From an uncultured virus (IMG/VR IMGVR_UViG_3300012933_000168) (lineage: Duplodnaviria > Heunggongvirae > Uroviricota > Caudoviricetes), in the IMG/VR virus record IMGVR_UViG_3300012933_000168: 64,000 nt of DNA; one strand, given 5' to 3'. A program made the translations under genes and the position numbers. The notes under the pieces are model-generated. The model did not search any database, was not told the origin of the DNA, and saw only the letters and a list, made by a program, of their open reading frames with translations. The first letter of the stretch is position 1, and every line of letters begins with the position of its first letter. Positions 1-9,205 of the stretch are shown here, piece by piece.

Positions 1-197
1 AGTGTTGCCCGTGCTGACGTAGGTGTAACGTATTGATAGTTACCTTTGCCATACTCCATCACCACGCACCATGAGTTGCGTTCCTCTCGGGCCATGGCCT
101 CGCCACAGCACTTACATACTCGGTAGCCGAGCGCCCAGCGGTCAATGTGAACGTCATCACCACACTCAACACAATCTCTCCACTCTGTATCTAACAT
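1..197 (-). CDS. C4 zinc-finger protein (DksA/TraR-like), runs off window start
   Basis: Manual translation MLDTEWRDCVECGDDVHIDRWALGYRVCKCCGEAMAREERNSW... with CxxC..CxxC; GAGGGG RBS; ATG lies inside the 13-bp palindrome at 191-203. Confidence 0.7.
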   Translation of the reverse strand, partial: MLDTEWRDCVECGDDVHIDRWALGYRVCKCCGEAMAREERNSWCVVMEYGKGNYQYVTPTSARAT

Positions 198-207
198 TGT
201 TAGCCCC

Positions 208-315
208 TCAGTAAATTTCACTAATCCAAGCACAGAACAACAGCACGGTCACAGTCATTGACGCGCCGTCGCCGAGCGACATAATCCAAGCCACAAAAAT
301 AAGCCAAGCAGTCAT
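208..315 (-). CDS. 35-aa hydrophobic (membrane) protein
   Basis: MTAWLIFVAWIMSLGDGASMTVTVLLFCAWISEIY*; ATGA overlap with the upstream stop. Confidence 0.55.
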   Translation of the reverse strand: MTAWLIFVAWIMSLGDGASMTVTVLLFCAWISEIY

Positions 316-488
316 TCGTCGTCTCCATCCAATTCGTTGAGCACCTCGGTCAGCACATGGCCGAGCAAGAAGCCGCTGAACATAAGGGCAAAGTTATAGA
401 TTGGTTCGTCGTGGCCCCAAGCGATGTAGATGGTCAGGGTGGCGATGATTGATTGCACGATGCGCATGAGTTGGGTTTCGGCTTGCAT
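312..488 (-). CDS. Small two-TM membrane protein
   Basis: MQAETQLMRIVQSIIATLTIYIAWG...; GAAGGA RBS before ATG 488; lies downstream of a sigma70-like promoter. Confidence 0.65.
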   Translation of the reverse strand: MQAETQLMRIVQSIIATLTIYIAWGHDEPIYNFALMFSGFLLGHVLTEVLNELDGDDE

Positions 489-574
489 TGTTACGTTTCC
501 TTCGTTTGTTGTGCCTAACATTGTTAGGTCGGGTGGTTTGTCTGAGGCACTTTGTTTTTTGTTCCTCAGCCTAT

Positions 575-603
575 ATTGTATCACAATGTGATAGACAAGT
601 CAA
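575..603 (-). promoter_or_regulatory. Sigma70-type early promoter
   Basis: Minus strand TTGACT-17 nt-TACAAT. Confidence 0.75.
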
Positions 604-634
604 GGGCGTTGGTCTTGGGGGTGAGCAAAGGTTT

Positions 635-974
635 TGTTACAGATTTGAGGGAATGTTACGTTACGATGTGACGAAATAAAAGCGAAACGTAACACGGAAA
701 CGTAACATTAGAAATGGCTTAACCATGCGGGTTGGTGATATGTTGTAGTATGTAATGTTATAAAGTTATGAAAAAAAAAAAAGAGAGAGAGCGGCGTCTA
801 AAAGTTGTGTGATACGAATTGCGCTTGCTGGGAGGCTCGTTGCCTCAGTTTCCCCGAAACTCAATCTTGAAAAAAGCGTAACATTGTAACAATGTCTCGC
901 AAGCCGCATAAAGCCTAGATTGTTACGTTACGTTTGTACATTGTCAAAACGTAACAACCCTAAAAAACGTAACA
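635..974. repeat. Non-coding cluster of CGTAACA/TGTTACG half-sites
   Basis: Copies near 635, 654, 687, 701, 877, 885, 921, 950 and 968 in an AT-rich region without a credible ORF. Confidence 0.75.
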
Positions 975-993
975 TCGCACCATAACATTGTTA

Positions 994-1130
994 GGTCGCT
1001 ACTCCCCCTCGGAGAACTGGTATTAAATTGGGGGGACGAAAGCTCTTGCCCCTGCTTCGGTATGCCCAAGGCTTCGCCGACTCGGTCGCTACCCCCTATC
1101 GGAGAACTGGTATTGAATCAGGGAGACAAA
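994..1130. repeat. Imperfect ~47-bp direct repeat, 90-bp period
   Basis: GGTCGCTAC..TCGGAGAACTGGTATT..GG.GAC at 994-1040 and 1084-1130; identical 16-bp core at 1009 and 1099. Confidence 0.85.
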
Positions 1131-1178
1131 CGTAACAAAGCCCTAACATTGTTAGGGCTCGCAGAGAAAACGCAGACG

Positions 1179-1204
1179 AAAAAAAGCCCGCTCGTCAGCG
1201 GGCT
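1179..1204 (-). terminator. Rho-independent terminator
   Basis: AGCCCGCT-4 nt-AGCGGGCT stem followed by a T run on the minus strand. Confidence 0.8.
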
Positions 1205-1309
1205 CCCGTGTGGGTTGTGGTCTTACCAGCCTAAAAGCCGAGCCCTTTGTTTATCGTGGTGCATTTTAATCCTAACATTGTTAGGGCGGGGCTTGCGCCC
1301 CGCCTTGGT

Positions 1310-1825
1310 TTACTTACCCTCGTTAATCAGGCTCAGGTCAACGCCCATCGCTTTGAGCGCGGCCTTGATACCATCGAGCGCACCGCTTTGCTTTGTGCTC
1401 AGCGAATCGGCTTTGTGGCACGCCTTATAGAGCGCGGTCAATTCCTCCACTAAGCGCAGGTCTAATGGGCGTGCTTTGCTACCCGCTTCCGCTTCGGGTT
1501 CGGCTTCGGCCACTACACCGAACAAAGCACGGGCAATAGCGTCTTGCTTTGCGTACTGTTTAACCATCTTCCATGCGTTCGATGGGTTCGAATAGCCGAT
1601 GGCTTTCAGTCCCGCATAGTAGGCTTTCTTTTCGCCCTCGATGGCTTCGGGCAGTTTGCCGCCGTTGCCCTCCAATTCAAACCATGCACATTCGCTAATG
1701 TCATTCATTCCCGCCGCATAGTTACGGCGCGCGCCGTAGTTGCTTGTCTCCGCTTCGATAGCCTTAACACGCAAGGCGGCGATTATTGAATGTGTCGTGG
1801 GCGTGGTGATGTTGATTGCAGTCAT
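1310..1825 (-). CDS. Hypothetical early protein, 171 aa, isolated transcription unit
   Basis: AGGAG RBS, natural helical composition, hairpin at 1285-1303 and terminator downstream. Confidence 0.85.
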   Translation of the reverse strand: MTAINITTPTTHSIIAALRVKAIEAETSNYGARRNYAAGMNDISECAWFELEGNGGKLPEAIEGEKKAYYAGLKAIGYSNPSNAWKMVKQYAKQDAIARALFGVVAEAEPEAEAGSKARPLDLRLVEELTALYKACHKADSLSTKQSGALDGIKAALKAMGVDLSLINEGK

Positions 1826-2159
1826 AAGAACTCCTAAGTGTCAGGGCTTGATTGCCCGTATGAATAGAGAACAATTCCCTTTTCATGCCGCTATATTACC
1901 AAATTGTGATGCAAAAAGCCAAGTATTTAAGGGAAAATTTCAGGGGGGCAACGGCCTAACATTGTTAGGTTATAGCGAACCCACTACACCGCCACCACCC
2001 CAAATGGGCAAAGGGGAGGTATGGGTCCCATACACTGGGTTCCGCTCAAACGATATTCATTTTTTAAAAACGGGGGGTACCCCCTATTATTTTGTATTAC
2101 AAAGTTACCCCACCCCCTTCATATAGGAAACCCCCCGGCATAGGAGTCCCAGAAAAATT

Positions 2160-2189
2160 TTGACCCCCATATATTTTTTGTTGTATAGT
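2160..2189 (+). promoter_or_regulatory. Sigma70-type promoter for tRNA/terminase operon
   Basis: TTGACC-18 nt-TATAGT directly upstream of the tRNA. Confidence 0.6.
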
Positions 2190-2207
2190 CGGCCCCGTTG
2201 GTGATGT

Positions 2208-2283
2208 TCCTCGATAGCTCAGCCGGTAGAGCATGTGACTGTTAATCACAGGGTCCGTGGTTCGAGCCCACGTCGAGGAGCCA
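2208..2283 (+). tRNA. trnN: tRNA-Asn (GTT)
   Basis: 76-nt cloverleaf: acceptor TCCTCGA/TCGAGGA, anticodon stem TGTGA-CTGTTAA-TCACA, GGTTCGAG T-loop, encoded CCA. Confidence 0.95.
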
Positions 2284-2431
2284 AAAATAAAGAAGATTGC
2301 GTATGACGCTAGGCACATAGCCCAGAAAGTCTGTAGTCTTCTTTATTGTTGGAGTTCGGAGTTTTATCAACACACGATAGAGCTACAGGCCCAAGCTCCA
2401 ACAACCCCTTCTTTTTTGAAGTGCACACAAT

Positions 2432-3130
2432 ATGATTGAAATCCAGCCTAGCGCAGACAAACCTCTGCCCTTTGACCTGTCCGATGAGCAACCCAAGACT
2501 CATGCGGATAGCATCGCTATTGCTGCAAACACAGTCGATCTAGTTGAACGCCTCGGCGGGATGCTGGACTATGACGCAAAAGATTTCCAAGCAGCAGCTG
2601 CACTTGCCACCGGCAAAACAAAACCCAACGTACCAACCACCGTCCAGAAAACAGGGATGGCAAAAGTCTTGGCCGTTGCGGTAAAAGAATGCGACTTCCA
2701 AGTATTTGCGGATGTGCAGCAAGCGCGCAATTTCGTAACAAACAAACTCGTGGCCATGGCCGACTGCGGCGACCCGAAGCTGGAACTCAAGGCGCTAGAG
2801 CTCTTGGGCAAACACAGCGACATCGGGCTTTTCACCGAGCGCTCAGAAATTACTGTCCACCACACAACTTCCAAGGGATTGGAAGACTCTATTAAAGAAC
2901 GCGTCAAACGTCTGATGAACGCAGAAGTGACAGACGTGATTCCATTCGACGACCTCGATGCGCACCTAGGTGCCATGGGTGAGGGTGAGTTTACAAACGC
3001 TGAAGAACCGACATGTAAAGCGGACGAAGCTACTGATACGCAAGTAGTGGAAGAAGACAATCCAATTAGTCCAGCGCAACCTAGTTTGGACACTTTGGAC
3101 ACCTCCAAAGGCAAGAAAACCAAAAAATGA
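2432..3130 (+). CDS. Putative terminase small subunit
   Basis: Directly upstream of and overlapping terL; ALELLGKH..GLF motif typical of TerS. Confidence 0.7.
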   Translation: MIEIQPSADKPLPFDLSDEQPKTHADSIAIAANTVDLVERLGGMLDYDAKDFQAAAALATGKTKPNVPTTVQKTGMAKVLAVAVKECDFQVFADVQQARNFVTNKLVAMADCGDPKLELKALELLGKHSDIGLFTERSEITVHHTTSKGLEDSIKERVKRLMNAEVTDVIPFDDLDAHLGAMGEGEFTNAEEPTCKADEATDTQVVEEDNPISPAQPSLDTLDTSKGKKTKK

Positions 3131-4653
3131 GCATCGACGTATCCAAAATGTCCCTTGCGGACGTCCTGAAAGTCCTCCCGAGTCTCTCGGAATCGGACCA
3201 GCGGGTGTTGGAAGCTCAGCTTGCGAAGCTCGAAGAGCTCAAAAGCAGGGAGCTGATGCAGGAGAAGTTCATCAAGTTCGTGGAAACGGTCTGGCCGACG
3301 TTCATTGCCGGTCGACACCACAAGCGGATGGCTGAAGCGTTCGAGCGAGTGGCCAACGGGACCTGTAAACGGCTGATTATCAACATGCCGCCACGTCATA
3401 CGAAGTCAGAGTTCGCCTCATACCTGCTCCCAGCTTGGTTTTTGGGCAAATATCCGGGCAAAAAAGTCATTCAGACGTCCCATACTGCCGAATTGGCGGT
3501 GGGTTTTGGTCGAAAAGTGCGTAACTTGGTGGATACGGAGCAGTATCATGACATTTTTCCGGAATTGGGCCTTCAAAGCGACTCCAAAGCAGCGGGTCGA
3601 TGGAATACGTCTAAAGGTGGTGACTATTTTGCTATTGGTGTGGGTGGTGCGGTCACTGGAAAAGGTGCTGACCTCCTGATTATTGACGACCCGCACTCAG
3701 AACAAGAGGCTGCGATGGCAGCTACCAACCCAGAAGTCTACGATAAGGTCTACGAGTGGTACACGTCAGGTCCGCGTCAGCGTCTGCAACCCGGTGGGGC
3801 GATTGTGATCGTTATGACGCGCTGGGCTCAGCGTGATTTGACAGGACAGGTGCTCAAAAATGCTCAACTACGTGGCGAAACGGACTGGGAAGTTATCGAG
3901 TTTCCGGCGATCCTGCCATCTGGCAACCCGCTGTGGCCTGAGTTTTGGAGCATGGGCGAGCTTTCTGCACTCCGCGAAGAACTCCCGAATTCGAAGTGGC
4001 AAGCGCAGTATCAGCAGAACCCAGTGGGTAATGAGAGCGCGATTGTTAAACGTGATTGGTGGCAGTGGTGGGAAGAGGATGAGCCTCCTCAGTGCGAGTA
4101 CATCCTCCAGACGTGGGACACCGCGTTCGAGAAACACCAGCGGGCTGACTTTTCTGCGGGCACGACTTGGGGCATCTTTACCCACTATAAAGACAACTCG
4201 AAGAACATCATCCTACTCAACACATATAAGAAGCGTGTGGAGTGGGTGGACTTGAAGCGCGACGTGCTCCGTGAGTACAACGACTACGAGCCAGATGGTC
4301 TGTTGATCGAGAAGAAGGCGACCGGCGCGCCGCTCATCTATGAGTTGCGAGCCATGGGCATACCGGTCATGGAGTACACGCCGAGTAAAGGGCAAGACAA
4401 AATTGCCCGTTTGAACTCAGTCTCGGACATAATTGCGTCTGGGAAAGTTTGGGTACCCAAGACTCGTTGGGCTGAAGAGCTCGTGGACGAGATTGCGGCG
4501 TTTCCATCAGGCGAACATGATGACTTGGTTGACGCGACGACTCTAGCGTTGATGCGATTCCGCCAAGGTGGGTTCTTACGTCTGCCATCAGACGAGCCCG
4601 AAGATATTCAATGGTTCCGTAATCACCGCAAAGAGCGGTACTACACAGTGTAA
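3127..4653 (+). CDS. terL: Terminase large subunit
   Basis: Walker A-like NMPPRHTKSE, Walker B LLIIDDP, nuclease residues WDTA, IEKKA and HDDLVDA. Confidence 0.95.
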   Translation: MSIDVSKMSLADVLKVLPSLSESDQRVLEAQLAKLEELKSRELMQEKFIKFVETVWPTFIAGRHHKRMAEAFERVANGTCKRLIINMPPRHTKSEFASYLLPAWFLGKYPGKKVIQTSHTAELAVGFGRKVRNLVDTEQYHDIFPELGLQSDSKAAGRWNTSKGGDYFAIGVGGAVTGKGADLLIIDDPHSEQEAAMAATNPEVYDKVYEWYTSGPRQRLQPGGAIVIVMTRWAQRDLTGQVLKNAQLRGETDWEVIEFPAILPSGNPLWPEFWSMGELSALREELPNSKWQAQYQQNPVGNESAIVKRDWWQWWEEDEPPQCEYILQTWDTAFEKHQRADFSAGTTWGIFTHYKDNSKNIILLNTYKKRVEWVDLKRDVLREYNDYEPDGLLIEKKATGAPLIYELRAMGIPVMEYTPSKGQDKIARLNSVSDIIASGKVWVPKTRWAEELVDEIAAFPSGEHDDLVDATTLALMRFRQGGFLRLPSDEPEDIQWFRNHRKERYYTV

Positions 4654-4662
4654 GGACACGAC

Positions 4663-7119
4663 ATGGAAAAAGGTTTATACGCAGCGCCCATGGGCCTATC
4701 TGATTTGGCCGAGCAGCCCGAGTTGGAAATCGACATCATGCTGGAGCCCGGCGAAGAAGGTGAACACCTAGACGCGGAAACCGAAGGTACTGCCGACGAC
4801 TTTGACGCCAACCTTGCAGAGTTCATGGACGACAAGGACTTGCAGGCTCTGGGCGAAGAGCTCGTTGCTGATTTCGATAAGGACACTGGCGACCGACGCG
4901 ATTGGATTCAGACCTATGTTGATGGTTTGAAGCTGTTGGGTTTGAAGTACGAGGACCGGACAGAGCCATGGCAAGGTGCTTGCGGTGTGTTCCACCCCAT
5001 GCTGACCGAGTCAGTTGTGCGATTCCAGAGTGAGTCCATGATGGAGACGTTCCCAGCGATGGGACCTGTCAAAACTCAGATCGTTGGAGCTATTGACGTA
5101 CTCCGAGAAGAAGCAGCGGCCCGGGTTCGCGAAGACATGAACTACCAGCTCACCGAGGTGATGACTGAGTACCGCAGCGAGCACGAGAAGATGTTGTGGT
5201 CTCTGCCGTTGGCAGGTTCCGCGTTCAAGAAGGTGTACTACGACCCAGCTAAAGGTCGTCAAGTTGCTACGTTCATTCCCGCTGAAGACATCGTGGTGCC
5301 GTACGGCGCATCTAATATTGAGGATGCCGAGCGCGTTACCCATGTGATGCGTAAGACTGAGAACGAGTTGAAGAAACTGCAACATGCGGGTTTCTATATC
5401 AACGAAGACTTGGGCGACCCCATCGTGGAGTTGGACGACGTCGAGAAGCAGAAGGCCGAAGAGAATGGCATGTCTGCTATTCAGGATGACCGCTATCGCC
5501 TGTTGGAGATGCACGTCATGTTGGACCTCGAAGGGTTCGAGGATGAGGAAGATGGCGAGGAGACAGGTATCGCGTTGCCATACGTGGTGACTATTGAGAA
5601 GGGCACTCGTAAAATCTTGGCCATCCGTAGGAATTGGTATGAAGACGACCCGCTCAAACTCAAGCGCCAGCACTTTGTGCATTACCAATACATTCCGGGG
5701 TTCGGTTTTTACGGCTACGGACTCATTCACCTCATCGGGGGTTATGCGAAGAGCGCCACCATGCTCATTCGTCAGCTCGTCGATGCTGGTACCTTGTCCA
5801 ACCTCCCGGGGGGTCTTAAGTCTCGCGGATTGCGAATTAAAGGCGATGACACGCCCATCCAACCGGGTGAGTTCCGCGACGTAGACGTCCCATCGGGTTC
5901 GATCCGCGACAACATCTTGCCACTCCCATATAAGGAGCCATCGCAAGTTCTGTTCGCTTTGTTCAATCAGATCGTCCAAGAAGGCCGTGCGTTTGCATCG
6001 TCTGGCGATATGAGTGTGTCCGACATGAGCAGCCAAGCCCCAGTGGGTACGACTTTGGCTCTGTTGGAGCGTACGTTGAAGGTGATGTCCGCTGTGCAGG
6101 CCCGCTTGCACTATGCGATGAAGCAGGAGTTCAAGCTCCTCAAAGTCATCATCGCCGACTACACCCCAGAGGATTACGACTATGAGCCAGAAGAAGGCAA
6201 TCGCGCAATCAAAAAGTCTGATTACGACATGTGCGATGTCATCCCCGTGTCCGACCCCAACGCAGCTACCATGGCCCAAAAAGTCGTGCAGTACCAAGCA
6301 GTGTTGCAGTTGGCCCAGAGTGCACCGCAGTTGTATAACCTGCCCCTTCTTCACCGCCAGATGATCGAGGTGTTGGGTGTGAAGAACGCCAGCAAGCTCG
6401 TGCCAGTGGAAGATGACGCTACGCCGACCGACCCAGTGCAAGAGAACCAGAACTTGTTGACCGGCAAGCCCGTGAAAGCGTTCATGGAGCAGAACCACCA
6501 AGCTCACTTGGGTGTGCACATGGCAGCGATGCAAGACCCCAAGATCATGCAGATCGTTGGTCAGAACCCACAAGCTCAGGCTATTCAGGCAGCGATGATG
6601 GCTCACATCAACGAGCACGTCGCGTTCGAGTACCGCAAGCAGATCGAACAAGCTATGGGTATGGTCTTGCCGAGCGAAGAGAACCAGAAGCACCTGACTA
6701 CAGAGCAAGCCGACCAGATCGCGATGATGGCAGCTAAGGCTTCACAGCAACTTCTCCAGCAGAACAAGCAGGAAGCCGCAGCCCAGCAAGCTCAGCAACA
6801 AGCTCAGGACCCTGTGGTTCAAATGCAACAGCAAGAACTCCAGATCAAGATGCAAGAGTTGCAGCTCAAGGCTCAGAAGCAACAGCTCGACGCTGCTGCC
6901 AAGGCCGACCAGCTCGAAATCGAGAAGTCTCGCATCATGGCCCAGAAAGAGATCGCCGCTATGCAGGTTGGGGCCAACGCCGCAGCCGCTAAGGACAAGC
7001 TCAACAAGATGCAAGAGCTTGAAGGTACACGCATGGGGATTGACGCTGCTAAACATCGCGCTCAACTCCAGCAGCAACGAGCCTCACAAAACCGCGCGCC
7101 GCGCGACAAGAAGGAGTAA
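4663..7119 (+). CDS. Portal protein with Gln-rich C-terminal coiled coil (P22-like barrel)
   Basis: Follows terL; 818 aa; GFYGYGLIHLIG motif; Q/A-rich tail. Confidence 0.9.
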   Translation: MEKGLYAAPMGLSDLAEQPELEIDIMLEPGEEGEHLDAETEGTADDFDANLAEFMDDKDLQALGEELVADFDKDTGDRRDWIQTYVDGLKLLGLKYEDRTEPWQGACGVFHPMLTESVVRFQSESMMETFPAMGPVKTQIVGAIDVLREEAAARVREDMNYQLTEVMTEYRSEHEKMLWSLPLAGSAFKKVYYDPAKGRQVATFIPAEDIVVPYGASNIEDAERVTHVMRKTENELKKLQHAGFYINEDLGDPIVELDDVEKQKAEENGMSAIQDDRYRLLEMHVMLDLEGFEDEEDGEETGIALPYVVTIEKGTRKILAIRRNWYEDDPLKLKRQHFVHYQYIPGFGFYGYGLIHLIGGYAKSATMLIRQLVDAGTLSNLPGGLKSRGLRIKGDDTPIQPGEFRDVDVPSGSIRDNILPLPYKEPSQVLFALFNQIVQEGRAFASSGDMSVSDMSSQAPVGTTLALLERTLKVMSAVQARLHYAMKQEFKLLKVIIADYTPEDYDYEPEEGNRAIKKSDYDMCDVIPVSDPNAATMAQKVVQYQAVLQLAQSAPQLYNLPLLHRQMIEVLGVKNASKLVPVEDDATPTDPVQENQNLLTGKPVKAFMEQNHQAHLGVHMAAMQDPKIMQIVGQNPQAQAIQAAMMAHINEHVAFEYRKQIEQAMGMVLPSEENQKHLTTEQADQIAMMAAKASQQLLQQNKQEAAAQQAQQQAQDPVVQMQQQELQIKMQELQLKAQKQQLDAAAKADQLEIEKSRIMAQKEIAAMQVGANAAAAKDKLNKMQELEGTRMGIDAAKHRAQLQQQRASQNRAPRDKKE

Positions 7120-7122
7120 TAG

Positions 7123-7320
7123 TTGGACAACAGCCGAGTGCTTGCTTACATCGCCAAGGAGATCGACAAACTCCGTGGCGACCAAAATTCCTTCCTCTCT
7201 GGAGGAGGTGCTAAAACGTTTGACGAGTATCGTCACGTCTGTGGGGTCATCCGAGGTCTGACTCACGCAGAAACCATTGTCAAAGACCTTGTGCAACGAA
7301 TGGAGCAATCTGATGAGTGA
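7123..7320 (+). CDS. Small head-module protein
   Basis: AAGGAG RBS; YR..CG.IRGL motif; lies between portal and GroES-like gene. Confidence 0.75.
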   Translation: MDNSRVLAYIAKEIDKLRGDQNSFLSGGGAKTFDEYRHVCGVIRGLTHAETIVKDLVQRMEQSDE

Positions 7321-7726
7321 ACTCAATTTAGCGGGCGCAGTGGACCTATCTGGTCTGTTGAACAAGCCCGTCGAGGATAAGGCGAAGCAACTGCCTGATC
7401 CAAAGCGCTTTCATGTGCTGTGTGTAGTCCCCGAGGCTATGGAGCAGTACGCCGACAGCGACGTAGGCATCATCAAATCTAGCCAAGCTATGTATCACGA
7501 AGAAGTCCTGACTTCTGTGCTGTTCGTAGTGAAACTTGGCCCTGACGCGTACAAAGATGAGACTCGTTTCCCATCTGGCCCGTCATGCAAGGAAGGTGAC
7601 TTTGTCATCGTCCGACCCAATTCAGGCACCCGCTTGAAGATTCATGGCCGCGAATTTCGCATCATCAATGATGATTCGGTTGAAGCAGTTGTGGAAGACC
7701 CCCGTGGCATCTCACGTGCATCGTAA
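7313..7726 (+). CDS. groES: GroES/Cpn10-like co-chaperonin
   Basis: P..F.VL..., GII, VVKLGPDAY, CKEGDFVIV..NSGT, REFRIINDDSVEAVV match the Cpn10 pattern; ATG 7313 overlaps the upstream gene. Confidence 0.85.
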   Translation: MSELNLAGAVDLSGLLNKPVEDKAKQLPDPKRFHVLCVVPEAMEQYADSDVGIIKSSQAMYHEEVLTSVLFVVKLGPDAYKDETRFPSGPSCKEGDFVIVRPNSGTRLKIHGREFRIINDDSVEAVVEDPRGISRAS

Positions 7727-7736
7727 GGAGTAAGAA

Positions 7737-8729
7737 ATGGACGACTTTAAAGACGAGTTTGAGTTTCCTGATGAGAAGGAAGCTAAAAAAGCTGCTGCTG
7801 AAGACGCTAAGTTTGAAGTAGAAATCGAAGACGATACCCCGCCAGAAGACCGTGGCCGTAAAGCCGCGCCTCCTCCTGAAGACCCAACTGAAGATGAGCT
7901 AGCCTCATACGACGAAAAGGTTCAAGCGCGTATCAAGAAGTTCACCCGTGGTTACCACGATGAGCGCCGCGCCAAGGAAGAAGCCTTGCGCGAACGTCAG
8001 GCCGCTGAGTCTTACGCCAAGCAGGTCTACGAGGAAAACAAACGCCTCCAACAGCAGCTTGCTACCGGTAGCCAAGCCTATATCGAGCAGTCAAAGTCGT
8101 CTGCTGATATTGAGTTGAGCACTGCCAAGAAAGCGTACAAGGAAGCGATCGAAGCTGGTGACATTGACGCTCAGGCCGACGCCCAAGCAGACATCGCCCG
8201 CGCCATGTTGAAGATTGAAAAAGTCCAAAACATGAAGCCGATCGAGGTGGAAGAGAAGGACGACTTCAAACCTGCACAGACCGTTCAAGACGACCAGCCC
8301 AAGATGAGTCCACGTACTCAAAAATGGGTTAACGCCAATTCAGATTGGTGGGGCGTTGATGAAGAAATGACTATGACTGCTATGGGGCTTGACAAGAAGC
8401 TTGCAAAGGAGTATGGTTCGGACTATGTAGGGAGTGAAGAGTACTTCCGAACCATCGACAAAACGATGCGCAAACGATTTCCTGAGCATTTTGAAGATGC
8501 TCAGAGCCATGAGGATGACGAAACGCCTCCCCGAAAGACGTCAGAACCGGCTGAAGAGGAAACTCCCCGCCGTGCAACAAAATCCGCTACTGTTGTGGCT
8601 CCGGCCTCACGTAGCACCCCGCCTAATCGTATTCGTTTGAAGGCATCCGAAGCAGCGATCGCTCGCCGTCTTGGGGTTCCAATCGAACAATATGCTAAAC
8701 AGGTTGCTTTGCTGAAGAGAGGTGAATGA
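7737..8729 (+). CDS. Putative capsid scaffolding protein
   Basis: Acidic, coiled-coil; C-terminal IARRLGVPIEQYAK helix; position upstream of capsid genes. Confidence 0.75.
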   Translation: MDDFKDEFEFPDEKEAKKAAAEDAKFEVEIEDDTPPEDRGRKAAPPPEDPTEDELASYDEKVQARIKKFTRGYHDERRAKEEALRERQAAESYAKQVYEENKRLQQQLATGSQAYIEQSKSSADIELSTAKKAYKEAIEAGDIDAQADAQADIARAMLKIEKVQNMKPIEVEEKDDFKPAQTVQDDQPKMSPRTQKWVNANSDWWGVDEEMTMTAMGLDKKLAKEYGSDYVGSEEYFRTIDKTMRKRFPEHFEDAQSHEDDETPPRKTSEPAEEETPRRATKSATVVAPASRSTPPNRIRLKASEAAIARRLGVPIEQYAKQVALLKRGE

Positions 8730-9190
8730 TGGAAAACGGTACTAAACAAAACCGACTGGATCGTAAATTAGAGGACCGTACGGTCGCACAACGCGCAACT
8801 GCGTGGCGTCCACCCGAGACTCTGCCTAGCCCTGATGCCCGCTCCGGCTGGACTCATCGCTGGATTCGAATCAGTACTTTGGGTACAGCCGACCCGTCAA
8901 ATATTTCTTCGAAGCTTCGCGAAGGATACGAACCCTGCAAGTCAGAGGAATATCCTGAGCTCATGATGCACGCTACTACCGAAGGTCGCTTTAAAGGCAA
9001 CATTGAGGTGGGTGGTTTGTTGCTCTGCCGCATCCCATCGGAGTTCTTGGAACAACGATCAGCGTACTACGCTAATCAGAACAAGTCTCAAATGGAGTCC
9101 GTGGACAACAATTTCCTTCGAGAAAGTGATCCTCGTATGCCCTTGTTCGCGGACAAGAAGTCGAAGGTTACTTTCGGTTCTGGTTCTTAA
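8726..9190 (+). CDS. Head-module protein
   Basis: HRWIR..REGYEP..GGLLLCRIP motif; coupled to the scaffold gene. Confidence 0.75.
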   Translation: MMENGTKQNRLDRKLEDRTVAQRATAWRPPETLPSPDARSGWTHRWIRISTLGTADPSNISSKLREGYEPCKSEEYPELMMHATTEGRFKGNIEVGGLLLCRIPSEFLEQRSAYYANQNKSQMESVDNNFLRESDPRMPLFADKKSKVTFGSGS

Positions 9191-9205
9191 ATTTTGGAGT
9201 CCTAA

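Larger units (their letters stand above)
191..1968. repeat. Dispersed 13-bp palindrome CTAACAWTGTTAG, terminal-region copies
   Basis: Exact copies start at 191, 515, 1143, 1272, 1956; one-mismatch copy at 982; the 1143 copy extends to a 21-bp palindrome at 1139-1159. Confidence 0.95.

Noticed and set aside
770..791. A13 plus (GA)n run as a functional element
   Set aside because: Simple sequence, possibly a homopolymer error; no independent support.
1062..1430. Plus-strand ORFs in the terminal region (488-679, 1062-1430, 1740-2126)
   Set aside because: No RBS; they overlap repeats and a minus-strand gene, and their LTLLG peptides are just the translated palindrome.
2208..2283. tRNA as an attP or prophage boundary
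   Set aside because: The tRNA is complete with its own promoter; no duplicated 3' end, integrase or host genes.
5011..6708. 565-aa antisense ORF (also 33969-35528 and 2569-3399)
   Set aside because: Mirror frames of strongly codon-biased genes, with no RBS and unnatural composition.
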